Shown here: positions 38,706 to 51,099 of the stretch, in pieces
How positions within the stretch are numbered: position 1 is the stretch's first letter
Layout: each line of letters opens with the position of its first letter
Assembly (NCBI RefSeq): GCF_001194135.2
Contig: NC_068984.1
Coordinates: 24,260,809-24,324,244, forward strand
Origin: Octopus bimaculoides
Taxonomy: Eukaryota
Reading direction: 5' to 3'
DNA length: 63,436 nt
Notes under the pieces: model-generated
What the model was told of the DNA's origin: nothing
Databases searched by the model: none
The model's input: the letters and a program-made list of their open reading frames with translations, nothing else
Translations under genes and position numbers: made by a program

Positions 38706-39067
38706 CTTTTGTTAATGCAATTATAATCTTTCAGACTAATAATCTCATCTTTAGAGAGGAAATATATTTTTAAAATCTACATCTATACTACAAAACCTGC
38801 TCAGCTAGCTAGTGTGATGGCATCATTTGAAAATTACAACAATGCAAGGAAGCACATTGTGACTAGTGGTGTATAACAATATCTGTTAGTCTTGTCAATA
38901 CAGTGATATATCTATACTACATTTCAATTGGTTTGATCTCATATCATCAAGTCCAAAATGGTCCAGCTGGTCCAAAATAGGAAATCATAGATGTGTGATT
39001 AAGGAATAAAAAGGAGTGGAAAATGTTACCATCTGCATAGAAGCATTGTTAGACAGTAAGTCATTAA

Positions 39068-39348
39068 TCTTTTAGCATTCAGACTACTCTGTCAAATGGA
39101 ATGCTTACTTATCTTTTTTATCTTTTATCTTTTACTTGCTTCAGTCTTACTCTGTGGCCATGCTGGGGTACTGCCATGAAGAATTTTTAGTCAAATGAAT
39201 TGACCACAGTATTTTTTTTTTAAAGCCTGGCACCTATTCTATTGGTTTCTGTGGCTGAACTGCTAAGTTACTAGGATGTAAACACAACAGCACTGATTGT
39301 CAAGTGGTTGAAGGAAATAATCACAGGTAGAAAGACACTGTCTCTCTT

Positions 39349-39416
<68 letters not shown>

Positions 39417-39758
39417 TTAATGCCTTCTTTCAGTTTCCACCTACAAAATCCACTCACAAGGTTTTGGTTGGCCTGAGATTTTAGAAGACACTTGCCCAAG
39501 GTTCCACACAGTGAGACTGAACCCAGAACCATATCAAACTTCTTACCACACATCCATGCCCGAGCCCACATACAGTTACATTCACTTTGTTTTTGAATTA
39601 ATCATGTATTATCTTATAGCTTCGAGATTTAAATGATGTGATCATTTATCTTTACAGCAATATCATAGTGTAGGTGTGATAGGCTGAATCTGGCCAATTT
39701 GAACATAAAATATGTAGGATATTTGGGTCAGATATAGCTGGTTTAAAAGCCAAGGAGT
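39068..39758. mobile_element. piggyBac-like MITE (CCCTTTAGCATT subfamily) split by a family A SINE at about 39110-39560
   Basis: The two halves join to match the reverse complement of 41944-42164; TTAA at 39064-39067 and 39759-39762. Confidence 0.7.
39110..39560 (-). mobile_element. SINE family A, full length
   Basis: Antisense tail, (CT)n(CA)n interior and head ..AACTTCTTACCACACATCCATGCC. Confidence 0.85.
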
Positions 39759-39789
39759 TTAATATACAGGAGAAAAAGTGCAGAAGAAA

Positions 39790-40000
39790 TAGCTAAACCT
39801 TAGGACACATATGAATTCATGTAGTCTAGATCCATCAGTGCAACTTGTGATGATGCAGTCTGATAGAGAACATCCAAACCAAGAGACAACGGGAAGATGG
39901 AGCCTATAAGTGAGATTTTCATACCAGACATGGTCAAATGGTTGGTCGATATCAAGTACAACAATGTTGCTTCCAAAGAGTGTCTCAAGGACAAGGAGCA
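39790..40000 (-). pseudogene. CR1/Jockey-group LINE reverse transcriptase fragment
   Basis: FGSNIVVLDIDQPFDHVWYENLTYRL..SWFGCSLSDCII...DG resembles (A)LDISKAFDRVWHxxLLxKL..WIxSFLSDR. Confidence 0.65.
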
Positions 40001-40323
40001 ACTGATTAATGACGTAGAAGAGTAGGTCCTCAGTAAATCTGGTTCGGCAAATTAATTAATGAGTTAGAGTAAACGATGCCTATTTAAGATAAGATCAGAT
40101 ACAAAGAAGATGCGAATAAGAAAAGTGTTACTTTTGTTGACAACAAATAGATTTTCTCTCAACCTCACCTCTTTCTCTCTTACATGATGATGACATCAGT
40201 AAACATCTTATGTTATATGATGTGGACTGTGAACAATGAAGACAATTTGCAGCAGCTGGATGCACAACACAAATTTGAAAAACAATCAAGTTAACTATTA
40301 CTACCACCCCTTTCCGCGTCTTC

Positions 40324-40389
40324 CCACTACTACTACTGCTGCTTCTACTCCTACTACTACTGCTGCTTCTACTCCTACTACTACTGCTG

Positions 40390-40427
<38 letters not shown>
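40324..40427. repeat. (ACT)n microsatellite with duplicated GCTGCTTCTACTCCT interruption
   Basis: Seen directly; a second (TAC)n tract lies at about 40720-40786. Confidence 0.95.
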
Positions 40428-40745
40428 GTCATTAGCCCAACTACTTGATCCACCCTTTCTCGTGGCATTAGGTGCTGCCAACAATAGTAGGAAATTAATA
40501 ACAAAAGTAAAACTTCCTTTGATTTCGTTCCATCCTCACAGGTAAGATAGATAATACTCCAAGGAGAAGATGTAATTCACAGTAAGCAGCAGGGATAGCG
40601 TATACTTGATGAGTGTTTTGTTGGTCTGTAATGTCGGAGGAGTGAAGTCTTTTCATGGGAAAAAAACCACATGCAGAAAGAAAGAGGTTTGCAAAAACCA
40701 CCACCGCCACCATAATCTGTACTACTGCTGCTGCTGTTACTGCTG

Positions 40746-40785
<40 letters not shown>

Positions 40786-40906
40786 AAATGATGCTCATGA
40801 AATTCAGTAATCAAATGTAATATTCTAAAAACCAGTCTTTAACAACATTAATACTGGTGATAGCCTTGTTTCTTTGCATGTTTGTATGCATGTATGTATG
40901 TCTGCA

Positions 40907-40941
<35 letters not shown>

Positions 40942-41360
40942 GTAAGAATGTATGAATGTATATATGTAAATATATATCTATATCTATGTATGTATGGTCA
41001 CATGTGAATATGTATGCATGTATGTATGTATGAATCTATGTATGGTTGTATGTATATATCTATGTACGTGTCTGTGTATAATTGCATGTATGTATGTATA
41101 TATGTATGTATGTATTTATGTATGCATGTATTTACATCTTTATGTATATATGTATTTTTTAAAATGAAATTATTTTGTTAGAATTTGATGATTATGAATA
41201 AAGCCTGACATTCTACCAAATTACATAATTTAGCAAATTTATGTAAACGCAAGACTTTAATATTTAATCTGTTTGTCTCATATTTGTTTTCTCTACAAAT
41301 TGTTATTTGCTTGGCGCACACACACACACACAGAAAAAGGGAAGAAAAAAAAGCAAATTT

Positions 41361-41630
41361 CATTATATCATCATCATCATCATCATCATCATTAACATCA
41401 TCATTGCCATCATCATCATGATCATCATCATCTTCATTGTGATTATTACTGCCATCATGATTATCATCGCTGCCATTACTATCATCAACATCATTGCCAT
41501 TTTTATCGTCGACATCATCATCAGTGTCATCATCATCATTCCTCTCTTTCTCCTCCTCATCCTCATCATCATTACTGCCATTGCTATGACTGCTGACATC
41601 GTCATCATCATCGCCATTATTGTCATCAAT
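41361..41630. repeat. Degenerate (ATC)n low-complexity tract
   Basis: Seen directly; source of the poly-D, poly-I and poly-M ORFs. A similar degenerate (GAT)n lies at about 43960-44400. Confidence 0.9.
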
Positions 41631-41943
41631 TACTGACAACTGAATAAGTTACCATTAATAAAATATATTAAAAAATGTTTTTGTGTTGTTTCAATATAAA
41701 AACCAAACTTTGATCTTATTCAAATTCTTCCCACCAACCTGCTTCCTTTCTACTTTTCTTTTAATATTTTTATTTTGGCTTTTTCCTTATCACTCATTTT
41801 ATCCAGTATATAGCATCACTAACCAAACTCTACTGCTACCACCACCACCACAACATCCAATACAATATTTCCAAACACTAAAACCCTTATGGAAAAAAAA
41901 AAGCATTGAAACTATAGTTTTAGGTTTGAGGGAGAAGGTTTAA

Positions 41944-42164
41944 CCCTTTAGTATTTAAACTGGCCATATCCAGCCCAAATATCTGACTTGTTTTGTTTTC
42001 AAATTGGCCAGATCTGGCCTCTCACACTTCACCTACAATGTCATTCTAAAAATAAACAATCACATCTTTTAAACTCCAAAACTATAAGATAATATGGGAT
42101 TAATTCAAAACAATGTGAACAAATAAGCATTTGCATTTGACAGAATAATCGAAATGCTAAAGGG
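41944..42164. mobile_element. piggyBac-like MITE (CCCTTTAG(C/T)ATTT TIR)
   Basis: TTAA at 41940-41943 and 42165-42168; 13-bp TIR with one mismatch; 221 bp. Confidence 0.9.
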
Positions 42165-42563
42165 TTAAAAGTATTTTAATTGTATGGATAGAGAATGAAG
42201 GCCAGTAAACAACGACCTTGCAAAGAGTAAGGAAGAACTACTCAAATATACTTATTAGAACTAAGAATTATTTGTACCGAACTAGAAGAGTAGAAAGCAT
42301 ACTAAAGTAGGATAATTTGACAAGGAATGGAAGAGCAAGATGAAATGTAGTTAGATGGACAGTTCCACAGAAACTCCAAAAATGTGAAAAGACTGATTAT
42401 GAAAGTGACTCTGAAGGGGAGAAAATAAAAGAGTAAAAGAGAGAACGATGAAGGTTGCTCAAGATGAACGTCTAAATGTTAATTCAGTAAATAAGGATAA
42501 TTTTCTCCATTATTTCAATAAATAAGTGTCACCTTTGTAATCCGCAAGTAGAAAACATCAACT

Positions 42564-43008
42564 GTGGAGGGAACCTATGGAAGAGGTAGACCCAGGATGA
42601 CATGGGATGAGGTGGTAAAATATGATCTTTTGATGCTGAGTCTCACAGAGGCGATAACAAGTGACTGAAACTTTTGGTGATTTGCTGAGCTTGAGAAGAC
42701 ACATTAAGTTAAGTGAAATCAAAGTCATAGCCAGTGCTGGTGACATGTGAAAGTCGTTCATGCTGGTGACATGTAAAAGGTACTAGTGCCACTGACAGGT
42801 AAAAGGCACCGGTGCTGGTGACACATAAAAGGCACCCATGCCAGTGACATGTAGAAAACACCCAGTACACTGTGGAGTGGCTGGCATTAGGAAGGGCACC
42901 CAACCATTGAAACCAAGCCAAAACAGACTGAAGCCTGGTGCAGCTCTCTGGCATACTAGTTCCAGTTAACCCAGCTTCCATGCCAGCATGGAAGATGGAT
43001 GCTAAATG
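42564..43008 (+). mobile_element. 5'-truncated RTE-clade LINE: ORF C-terminus plus 3' UTR and tail
   Basis: VEGTYGRGRPRMTWDEVVKYDL..SD*NFW*FAELEKT matches the RTE C-terminus (GxRxRGRPxxTWxxxVxxDL..DRxxWR). It is followed by a GTGCTGGTGACATG tandem array and the family R tail. Confidence 0.85.
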
Positions 43009-43368
43009 TATGTATGTTATCAATCAGTTTCATTTCTGTATTTCTTGTCAATAGAGAAAGAGCCGGACTCTAACATAGATTCAAAGCTCCTTCATTGGAA
43101 CTTTTATCAACATCATCTAGGTATTTGTGCATTAGTGTGTGTGTGTGCAGTATTTGGTGTTAGTGTATGCGCAGATTTGTATGTATGTTTTATGGATGCG
43201 TTTTTATGTATATATTTTCACGTCTAGGCGTATGCATATGTATTTATGCGCAGATTTGTATGTTTGTTTTATGGATGCGTTTTTATGTATATATTTTCAT
43301 GTCTAGATGCATGCATATGTATGTATGTATGTATGTATGTATCTTCCAGCATGGAAGATGGATGCTAA

Positions 43369-43415
<47 letters not shown>

Positions 43416-43987
43416 AGTAGCAGGTTGAAAAATGTTAGCTGAGAAAGAATACCAAGAAGTAACATGATGAGGCTTGTCTTAACTTACACTGGTCACTTTT
43501 AAAAATTTGGCTACAAGACTTCAAGAAAGTGGCAGTCATGTATTAGAAAAAACTCCTAAATGAACTTGGTAAACCAAAAAATTTCTGCGGAATTTTGTTA
43601 TCCAGTCAGACAGAATAACTGAATACCATAGACCAGATATCATTACACAATGACGTAAATAAGAGAAAATGCTTCCATTGAGATGTAAAGGTAATAATGT
43701 TAAGAGTAATGAAACAACAACAAGAACAATAAAGTTAGTAATCCTTCCTCAGAGAATAAAAAGATAAAGAACCGGATAATTCGACAATTCTGTTCTATTT
43801 GAACAGTGTTATGTTTGTATTTGGACAGAAATAGAGGCTCCAGCTGAACCTCAGAGCTGAGCTGAAGACTAAAGATAGGATTTAGTATGTTGACAATCAG
43901 TGTAAATATATAAACAAGGAGGTTTAAGCACATCTTTGTAAATGATGGTTGTGGTGGTGGTGGTGACGACAACAGTAGTGACGATGA

Positions 43988-44021
<34 letters not shown>

Positions 44022-44114
44022 GGTAATCATGAATGTTGTGATGATGATGATGATGATTAATCAACATTAATCAAGAGGTTGATCAGAATGATGCTCGTGG
44101 TGGTGATGTTATAG

Positions 44115-44150
<36 letters not shown>

Positions 44151-44592
44151 GTATGATAGCTTTAGTGATGAGGATGATAACGAAGACAACAACAATAAAG
44201 CATGAGGTGGGAGAGGGGGGCAGAAAATAATGGCATTGAGTTTGGTGGTGTAAACAATGATGACAAAGTTGATTTGAACAAAAGTATGTACAATGGTGAT
44301 GATGATGATGATAACGATGGTGATGGTGGCACATGTGGTAGTGCTAACAATGACTATGATGATGATGATGATGCTGATGATGATGTGGAAGACAGGGATG
44401 AAAAATAACAATTAATAATAGTACTAATACTAACAATAACATCACATCAACAAAACAAACACTAAACAAACAAGCAAAAGAAAAGCATTTCTAGGAAAAA
44501 AAAAATTATTTAATGATTTGTCTTTTTCAACTTTTTGTTACTTTCTGAATTTCTCGTTACTATTTAAGTTGTTTATTTAATTCTGCTTAATT

Positions 44593-44670
<78 letters not shown>

Positions 44671-44735
44671 ATATCTTATATGTAAGTCTACTTGTGTACA
44701 AAGGAATGTGTGTACACACACACACATCTTTATAG

Positions 44736-44770
<35 letters not shown>

Positions 44771-45462
44771 CAGATGCATACATGTGTAATGCTTGTTGAT
44801 ATGCTAATACATGCATAAGTGTATGCAATTATGTGTGCACATGTCTGAGTGGATGTATATGTAAATATATTCATTATATATGAGCCTTTGAATATGTATG
44901 AGCCTAAATGTGTTTATATACATATATATGAATATATACATACACCTATACACACACACACATACATAGATAGCTACATACAAAAACATACACACACACA
45001 TACATATAGGCATGTACATATACTGAAAGCATGCGTATGTGTGTGTATGTACATGTGTATTGTAAGTTAAGATAAAAGCCTGTGTTCATATGATGTATGA
45101 TGCATTTTTTAACAAGTAAAACCATGAGTATTGATATTTAGGAATGGTGCCAAGTTTGCAGAGTCAAGCAAGTGAAGCATCAACTGTCTGTTGGGTTCTG
45201 TCCAGTGTTGCAAGCTTGTCTTCGCTAATGCATGTGGACATAGGGTATAACTTTTACATTTTGTGATAATAGCATCCCCATACCATCGTTAACAGAAGTT
45301 TGGGTTGGTGGAAGCGGTGGTCAGTGCGCTCGGAAGGTATTATGTGAGGTGTTAAGTTGTATTGGGAGGAGTGGTGGTGATGGTCGTAGTATTTGTGGTT
45401 ATAATAGCAACAAAATTCAAATGTAGCTGCACAGACACATGTGTATGTGCGTGTACATGTAT

Positions 45463-45495
<33 letters not shown>

Positions 45496-45505
45496 CATAA
45501 ACATG

Positions 45506-45539
<34 letters not shown>

Positions 45540-45544
<5 letters not shown>

Positions 45545-45760
45545 TTATTATCATGTAATGTCTGTTGTCCATGCTGGCATGGGTTGGACAGTTTGACTGG
45601 CACGCTGGAAGACTCCAGTCTGATTTGGCATGGTTTTCTATGGCTGGATGCCCTTCCTAGCACTGACCACTTTGAGAATGTAGTGGGTGCTTTTACATGC
45701 CATGAGCACAGGTTCCATTTGCATGACACTGGGGTGCATTTATGTGCCACCGACACGCCA
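45540..45760 (-). mobile_element. RTE LINE 3' tail (family R)
   Basis: GTCCATGCTGGCATGGGTTGGACAGTTTGACTGG..GGCTGGATGCCCTTCCTAG. Confidence 0.75.
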
Positions 45761-46069
45761 CATATACACACACACACACATATATATATATGTATATACA
45801 TATCTATATCTATCTATCTATCTATATATATATATNNNNNNNNNNNNNNNNNNNNNNNNNNNNNNNNNNNNNNNNNNNNNNNNNNNNNNNNNNNNNNNNN
45901 NNNNNNNNNNNNNNNNNNNNNNNNNNNNNNNNNNNNNNNNNNNNNNNNNNNNNNNNNNNNNNNNNNNNNNNNNNNNNNNNNNNNNNNNNNNNNNNNNNNN
46001 NNNNNNNNNNNNNNNNNNNNNNNNNNNNNNNNNNNNNNNNNNNNNNNNNNNNNNNNNNNNNNNNNNNNN

Positions 46070-46128
<59 letters not shown>

Positions 46129-46434
46129 TATATATATACATATACACATACATATATTTACATACATTCATATATATACATATATATTATATGCAGTTAC
46201 ATGCATATGTGTATTTTATTTTTGTACGTGTCTGTCTGTCTGTCTCTCCTCCTCTCTCCCTTCCATATATGTTGCTTTTATTTAATTTTGTTACTTTTTG
46301 TCTTCTTCACACCACAACAAAGTTCAAATGTAACTACGCGCACACACACACACACACACACACATACACCCATATACATACATATATACAAACATACACA
46401 CATACATGCATGCACACATATTACATGCATGTGT

Positions 46435-46472
<38 letters not shown>

Positions 46473-46878
46473 ATATGTTGCTTTTGTTTAATTTTGTTGC
46501 TTTTTGTCCTCTCCACACCACAACAATTTTCCTTTGTACATTTAATGGCTATAATAATAATCAATTGGAATGGGTGAAGGAAAGCAATCAAAATAGAAAT
46601 TTAAATATGATGTTAGCCAAGTGGTTTGACCACTGGTGTGAATTAAGAGGGATAGGTGCATCTGACAATGTTCCAGAACAGATTAGTGATCACTGCTGCA
46701 GTGCTTCAATAGCCCCTCAATCTATCATCGTTATGTCCTAGTTTCAGATCCCAAGAGAGACCAGCTTTTACTGCTAATGTCCTTGAGAAAAGCATTAATG
46801 CTACCCTGCAATGTCTAAATAAAACGACAATACTTTAGTACAGGCTAACACTTCATGTTAGTTTAGGAGCTCATAATC

Positions 46879-47030
46879 TTTTCTACTCTAGGCAAAAGGC
46901 CTGAAATTTTTTGGTGGGGTGCAGTTGATTAAATGGACCCCAGTACACAACTGGTACTTAATTTATCGACCCCCAAAAGGATGAAAGGCAAAGTCGACCT
47001 CAGCAGAATTTGAGCTCAGAAGGTAGAATT
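46879..47030 (-). mobile_element. SINE family B, 5' truncated
   Basis: TTTTCTACTCTAGGC..ATCGACCCCCAAAAGGATGAAAGGCAAAGTCGACCTC. Confidence 0.8.
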
Positions 47031-47256
47031 ACTTACATCAGTGGCATAGCGAGCATGTGTGCCAGCCAGGGAAGCCCTGAAATTTTCACCCTGCCCTCTA
47101 TATAGGCTTATACAGCAGACCTAAATGTGTTGCCTCCATAAAACCTTCACTCAGGGCAAACTGTTCCCCATGTCCCATTCCTGACACTCTACAACCATAT
47201 GTCCACTTTGGACAGATTTAAGTAACATCAGCTTCTGTGTAATATGTTCAAATTGT

Positions 47257-47695
47257 AAGGTGGTGAGCTGGCAGAAACGTTAGCACACCGGGCGAAATGC
47301 TTTGCGGTATTTCATCTGCCGCTATGTTCTGAGTTCAAATTCCGCTGAGGTCGACTTTGCCTTTCATCCTTTGGGGGTCGATTAAATAAGTACCAGTTAC
47401 GCACTGGGGTTGATATAATCGACTTAATCCGTTTGTCTGTCCTTGTTTGTCCCCTCTGTGTGTAGCCCCTTGTGGGCAATAAAGAAATAAGAAACGTTAG
47501 AACACTGGGCAAAATGCTTAGCAGTATTTTGTCTGTCTTTACGTTCTGAGTTCAAATTTTGCCGAGGTCAACTTTGCCTTTCGTCCTTTCGGGGTCGATA
47601 AATTAAGTACCAGTTGCATACTGAGGTTAATCTAATTAACTGTCCCCCCACCCCACCCAAAAATTTCGGGCCTTGTGCCTAGAGCAGAAAAGAAT
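47257..47695 (+). mobile_element. Two tandem SINE family B copies with different 3' ends (47257-47487 and 47493-47695)
   Basis: Both share the head and core. The first ends in CCCCTTGTGGGCAATAAAGAAATAAG, the second in GGGCCTTGTGCCTAGAGCAGAAAAGA. Confidence 0.85.
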
Positions 47696-47725
47696 ATGTT
47701 CATACAGTGAATAAATAGCATCCTT

Positions 47726-48150
47726 TCTTTTTATCTTTTATCTTTTGCTCGTTTCAGTCATTAGACTATGGCCAAGCTGGGGCACCGCCTTGAAGAATTT
47801 TAGTTGAATAAATCGACCCCAGTACTTATTATTGTTTGTAAAGCCAGGCACTTATTCTATAGGCTTCTTTTGCTAAAATACTAAGTTACAGAGACGTAAA
47901 CACACTAACACCAGTTGTCAAGCAGCAGGAGGGAACAAACACACTAACACACACACACACACACACATGCATGCACGCACACACATAACAGGCTTCTTTT
48001 ATTCTTTCAGTTTCAGTCTCTCAAATTCACTTACAAGGCTTTGATCAGCTTAACGCTAAAGTTGAAGACACTTGCCCGAGGTGTTACACAGTGGGACTGA
48101 ACCTCAAACTATGTAGTTGGGATGCAAACTTCTTACCACTCAGCCACAAA
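47726..48150 (-). mobile_element. SINE family A, full length
   Basis: Antisense tail to head, collinear with 54357-54768. Confidence 0.85.
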
Positions 48151-48789
48151 TGCACCTTTCCGATACAAAAAAAAACAGAAGTTTTAAAGAGCCTCTATAG
48201 AGTCACTAGAATATGACCAATGTAATTTAATTATGCAGTGCCTGAAAGAAGGACAAGATTACCATAGTTGGAATGTGTTTTATAAGAGTTCTGCTCAACT
48301 AGGGTTGATCTAGAGCAGGGCTAAACAACTATAACTTCAGTTAGAAGTATTATTATTGGTTTTTCAGGTTACGTATAATGTCCTTACATGAGTCTTTATG
48401 AACATAGAGGTTGAATGTCTTTCCTTGTACAGCACTGAAGCCATGCTTATCTTGCCTCAGTTGGAGACATACTGACTTTGGTTTTAGCTTGCCTCAAATA
48501 TTTGGTGTTATTTTGGAGATCACAGGGAAGTATCTGCAAGATATCTTCTGTGAAAATACGTCCACTGATTGTGGCAATATTACCTTGCTTGGAAACAGGT
48601 GACGTTTAGCAACAGGAAAGGCATTCAGCTGTAGAAAATTAGCCTCAACAAATTTTGCCTAATCAATGCAAGCATGGGAAAGTGGACACAAAAAAAAAAA
48701 CATGATGATGATAATGATAATAGTGTTCATATGGAGTCAAGTGATCATATAAAGCTTGTAACAATCATAAAATTATTATAAATGTGTGC

Positions 48790-49030
48790 TGGAAATAAGA
48801 GCAGTGATGGAAGAACGGCCAGTTTGCAGTATTGCTTCCATCATCACCGCATTAACTCATACATTAGCGATGTTCTTTTGCCCATGGGACCATAAGACAG
48901 CAGTACTACATGCTAATGAAATACTCATAAATTATACACTCTCCTTGCAATTTACAGATGTAGACAGTATCGTGTGGTTTGATGGAATGGGTTATCAATA
49001 GTTGAGTGCCATTAATGAGAACATAGCACA
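48790..49030 (+). pseudogene. Possible RTE reverse transcriptase remnant
   Basis: FFCPW..AVLHANEIL resembles RTE CPWELLYADDL; very degraded. Confidence 0.35.
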
Positions 49031-49384
49031 ACATCAGTGAAGGGATATGAACTGTCAACTTCTTTTATATTGCAGTCTGTTAGTTTGTTGTAGCTCAATA
49101 GAAACATCATTATCATCATCGGTCTTTTTTGTCTTTTTTTTTTTTTTGTCTGCTTTCAATGTTTGCATGGGTCAGACAAAATTTATTGAGGAACATTTTC
49201 TATATCTGGATGCCCTTCCTGTAGCCAACCCTCACCTGTTTCTCAGCAAGGTAATATTTCCCCATCAGAGGACATATTTTCACAGAAGACTAGAAATGAA
49301 GGACACTGTGTATGATAGTGACACTTGCTTAAAACCATCACATGATGTCAAGACAAGGAGATACAAACACATGCACACACTGGC

Positions 49385-49764
49385 AATCCATCGGTTAGAA
49401 CAACAAGGGCTCCAGTTGATCCAATCAACAGAACACCCTGCTCATGAAGTTAACATGCTAGTGGCTGAGCACTCACAGACATATGTACCCTTAACCCTTT
49501 AGCATTTAAACTGGATATTCAGCATGACACAGTGTGACAAGGCTGACCCTTTGAATTACAGGTACAACAGAAACAGGAAGTAAGAGTGAGAGAAAGTTGT
49601 GGTGAAAGAGTACAGCAGGGTTCGCCACCATCCTCTGCTGGAGCCTCATGGAGCTTTAGGTGTTTTCGTTCAATAAACACTCACAACGCCCGGTCTGGGA
49701 ATCGAAACCGCGATCCTATGACCGCGAGTCCGCTGCCCTAACCACTGGGCCATTGCGCCTCCAC
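49385..49764 (-). mobile_element. SINE family C carrying a 20-bp piggyBac MITE end at its TTAA
   Basis: Reverse complement of 396-790 over the head and body; CCCTTTAGCATTTAAACTGG (49495-49514) replaces about 13 nt of SINE sequence. Confidence 0.88.
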
Positions 49765-50147
49765 TATCACCATGTCTACACCTATACTAAAGCATACACC
49801 AAAAACAATTCATAGATTTTACAATAAAATTTAGTTATTTTATTTAATAATTTACATGAACTAATTTCAAACATGATTGAAGTTTTAAATCGGGAAAGTA
49901 GACAATGCAATGAAATTAATTACTTTGTGTATTAAAAACATAAAATTTTCATACATTCACAATATAAACGTATAAGTGCAAGAACCCTACAAAGCAGCAA
50001 GTTCCAGTAGAAAATGTCAATTTAGTCACACACACACACACACACACACCGGTGTAGTTGCTATTATCTCCATTCTCAAAAAATTCTTTTAATGTCTGCA
50101 AGTTAACATGTCTCTGATGTATGAGAGCATTACAAAATTTTATGCAT

Positions 50148-50520
50148 ATGTGGCTGTGTGGATAGGCAAAGTCAAGGTGGTTCAAAAGATTGCTTCCCAA
50201 CCATGTGGTCTTGGGTTCATTCCCACTGAGTGGCACATGGGGCAAGTGTCTGCCACTACAGCCTAAGTCAATGGAAATTGAAAGAAGCCTGTATATGTAT
50301 GTGTGTACGTGTGTATGTGTGTGTGTGTGTACGCACAGTGTGTGTCTGTGTTTGCCCCCCCTACCACTACTTGACAACTGGTGTTGGTTTGTTTACTGTC
50401 CTGTATTTCAGCACAGAGACTGATAGAATAAGTACCAGGCTTAAAAAATAAGCACTNNNNNNNNNNTAAACACTTCAAAGCAGTGCCCCAGGATGGACGC
50501 AGACCAAAGATTACAAGCAA
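50148..50520 (+). mobile_element. SINE family A
   Basis: Head TGGCTGTGTGG, body and tail are collinear; contains a 10-N gap. Confidence 0.8.
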
Positions 50521-51099
50521 AAAAAAAAAAAGGGAAAAAAGTACAATCCGAAAGATGGCCAGGGCATGTTCCACATCTTTAAAATAAAATAAAAAAATTC
50601 TGCTAGAAGCTTCTTATCAAAACAGTTACTCAATGAAAGTACAAGAGAAATGATGTTGTACTATGTAGTAAAGAACAAAAAATTATGCATTGTTATGAAG
50701 GTCAGCTGTCCAACAGCTGTTAATTTGTGTCATATGAAGGGAACTAATACAGCTTTTGAACCCAAATTATAGATATTTTTCTTTTTTTCTATGTCTCTCT
50801 AACTATTAATCCAATAAATTATATAACAAAATATTGATGTAATAAACACAAAAATAAAAACGTATTCTAATTAAACACAATAATATATAAATAAATAAAA
50901 CAAGACACAGTATCATATGGCATAGATTGACTTAGTCTTGAAAAATTTGTAAAATATTTAAGATATCTTTAGTTTGAATTCACACACATATACAGACATA
51001 TGCATGCACCTGTCTGCCTGTCTGTCTGTCTATCTGTCTATCTACCTATCTATCTATCTATCTATCTATCCCTCCCTCTCTATGCATATGTGTGTGTTT

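Noticed and set aside
41178-41639. 153-aa Asp-rich ORF and overlapping poly-I and poly-M ORFs
   Set aside because: All frames are open because the tract is a degenerate (ATC)n microsatellite; there are no splice signals or unique coding context.
43488-43555. Minus-strand exon with strong donor AGT|GTAAGT
   Set aside because: All three frames contain stop codons.
47039-47190. hAT-like MITE starting CAGTGGCATAGCG
   Set aside because: No matching right TIR or 8-bp TSD could be found.
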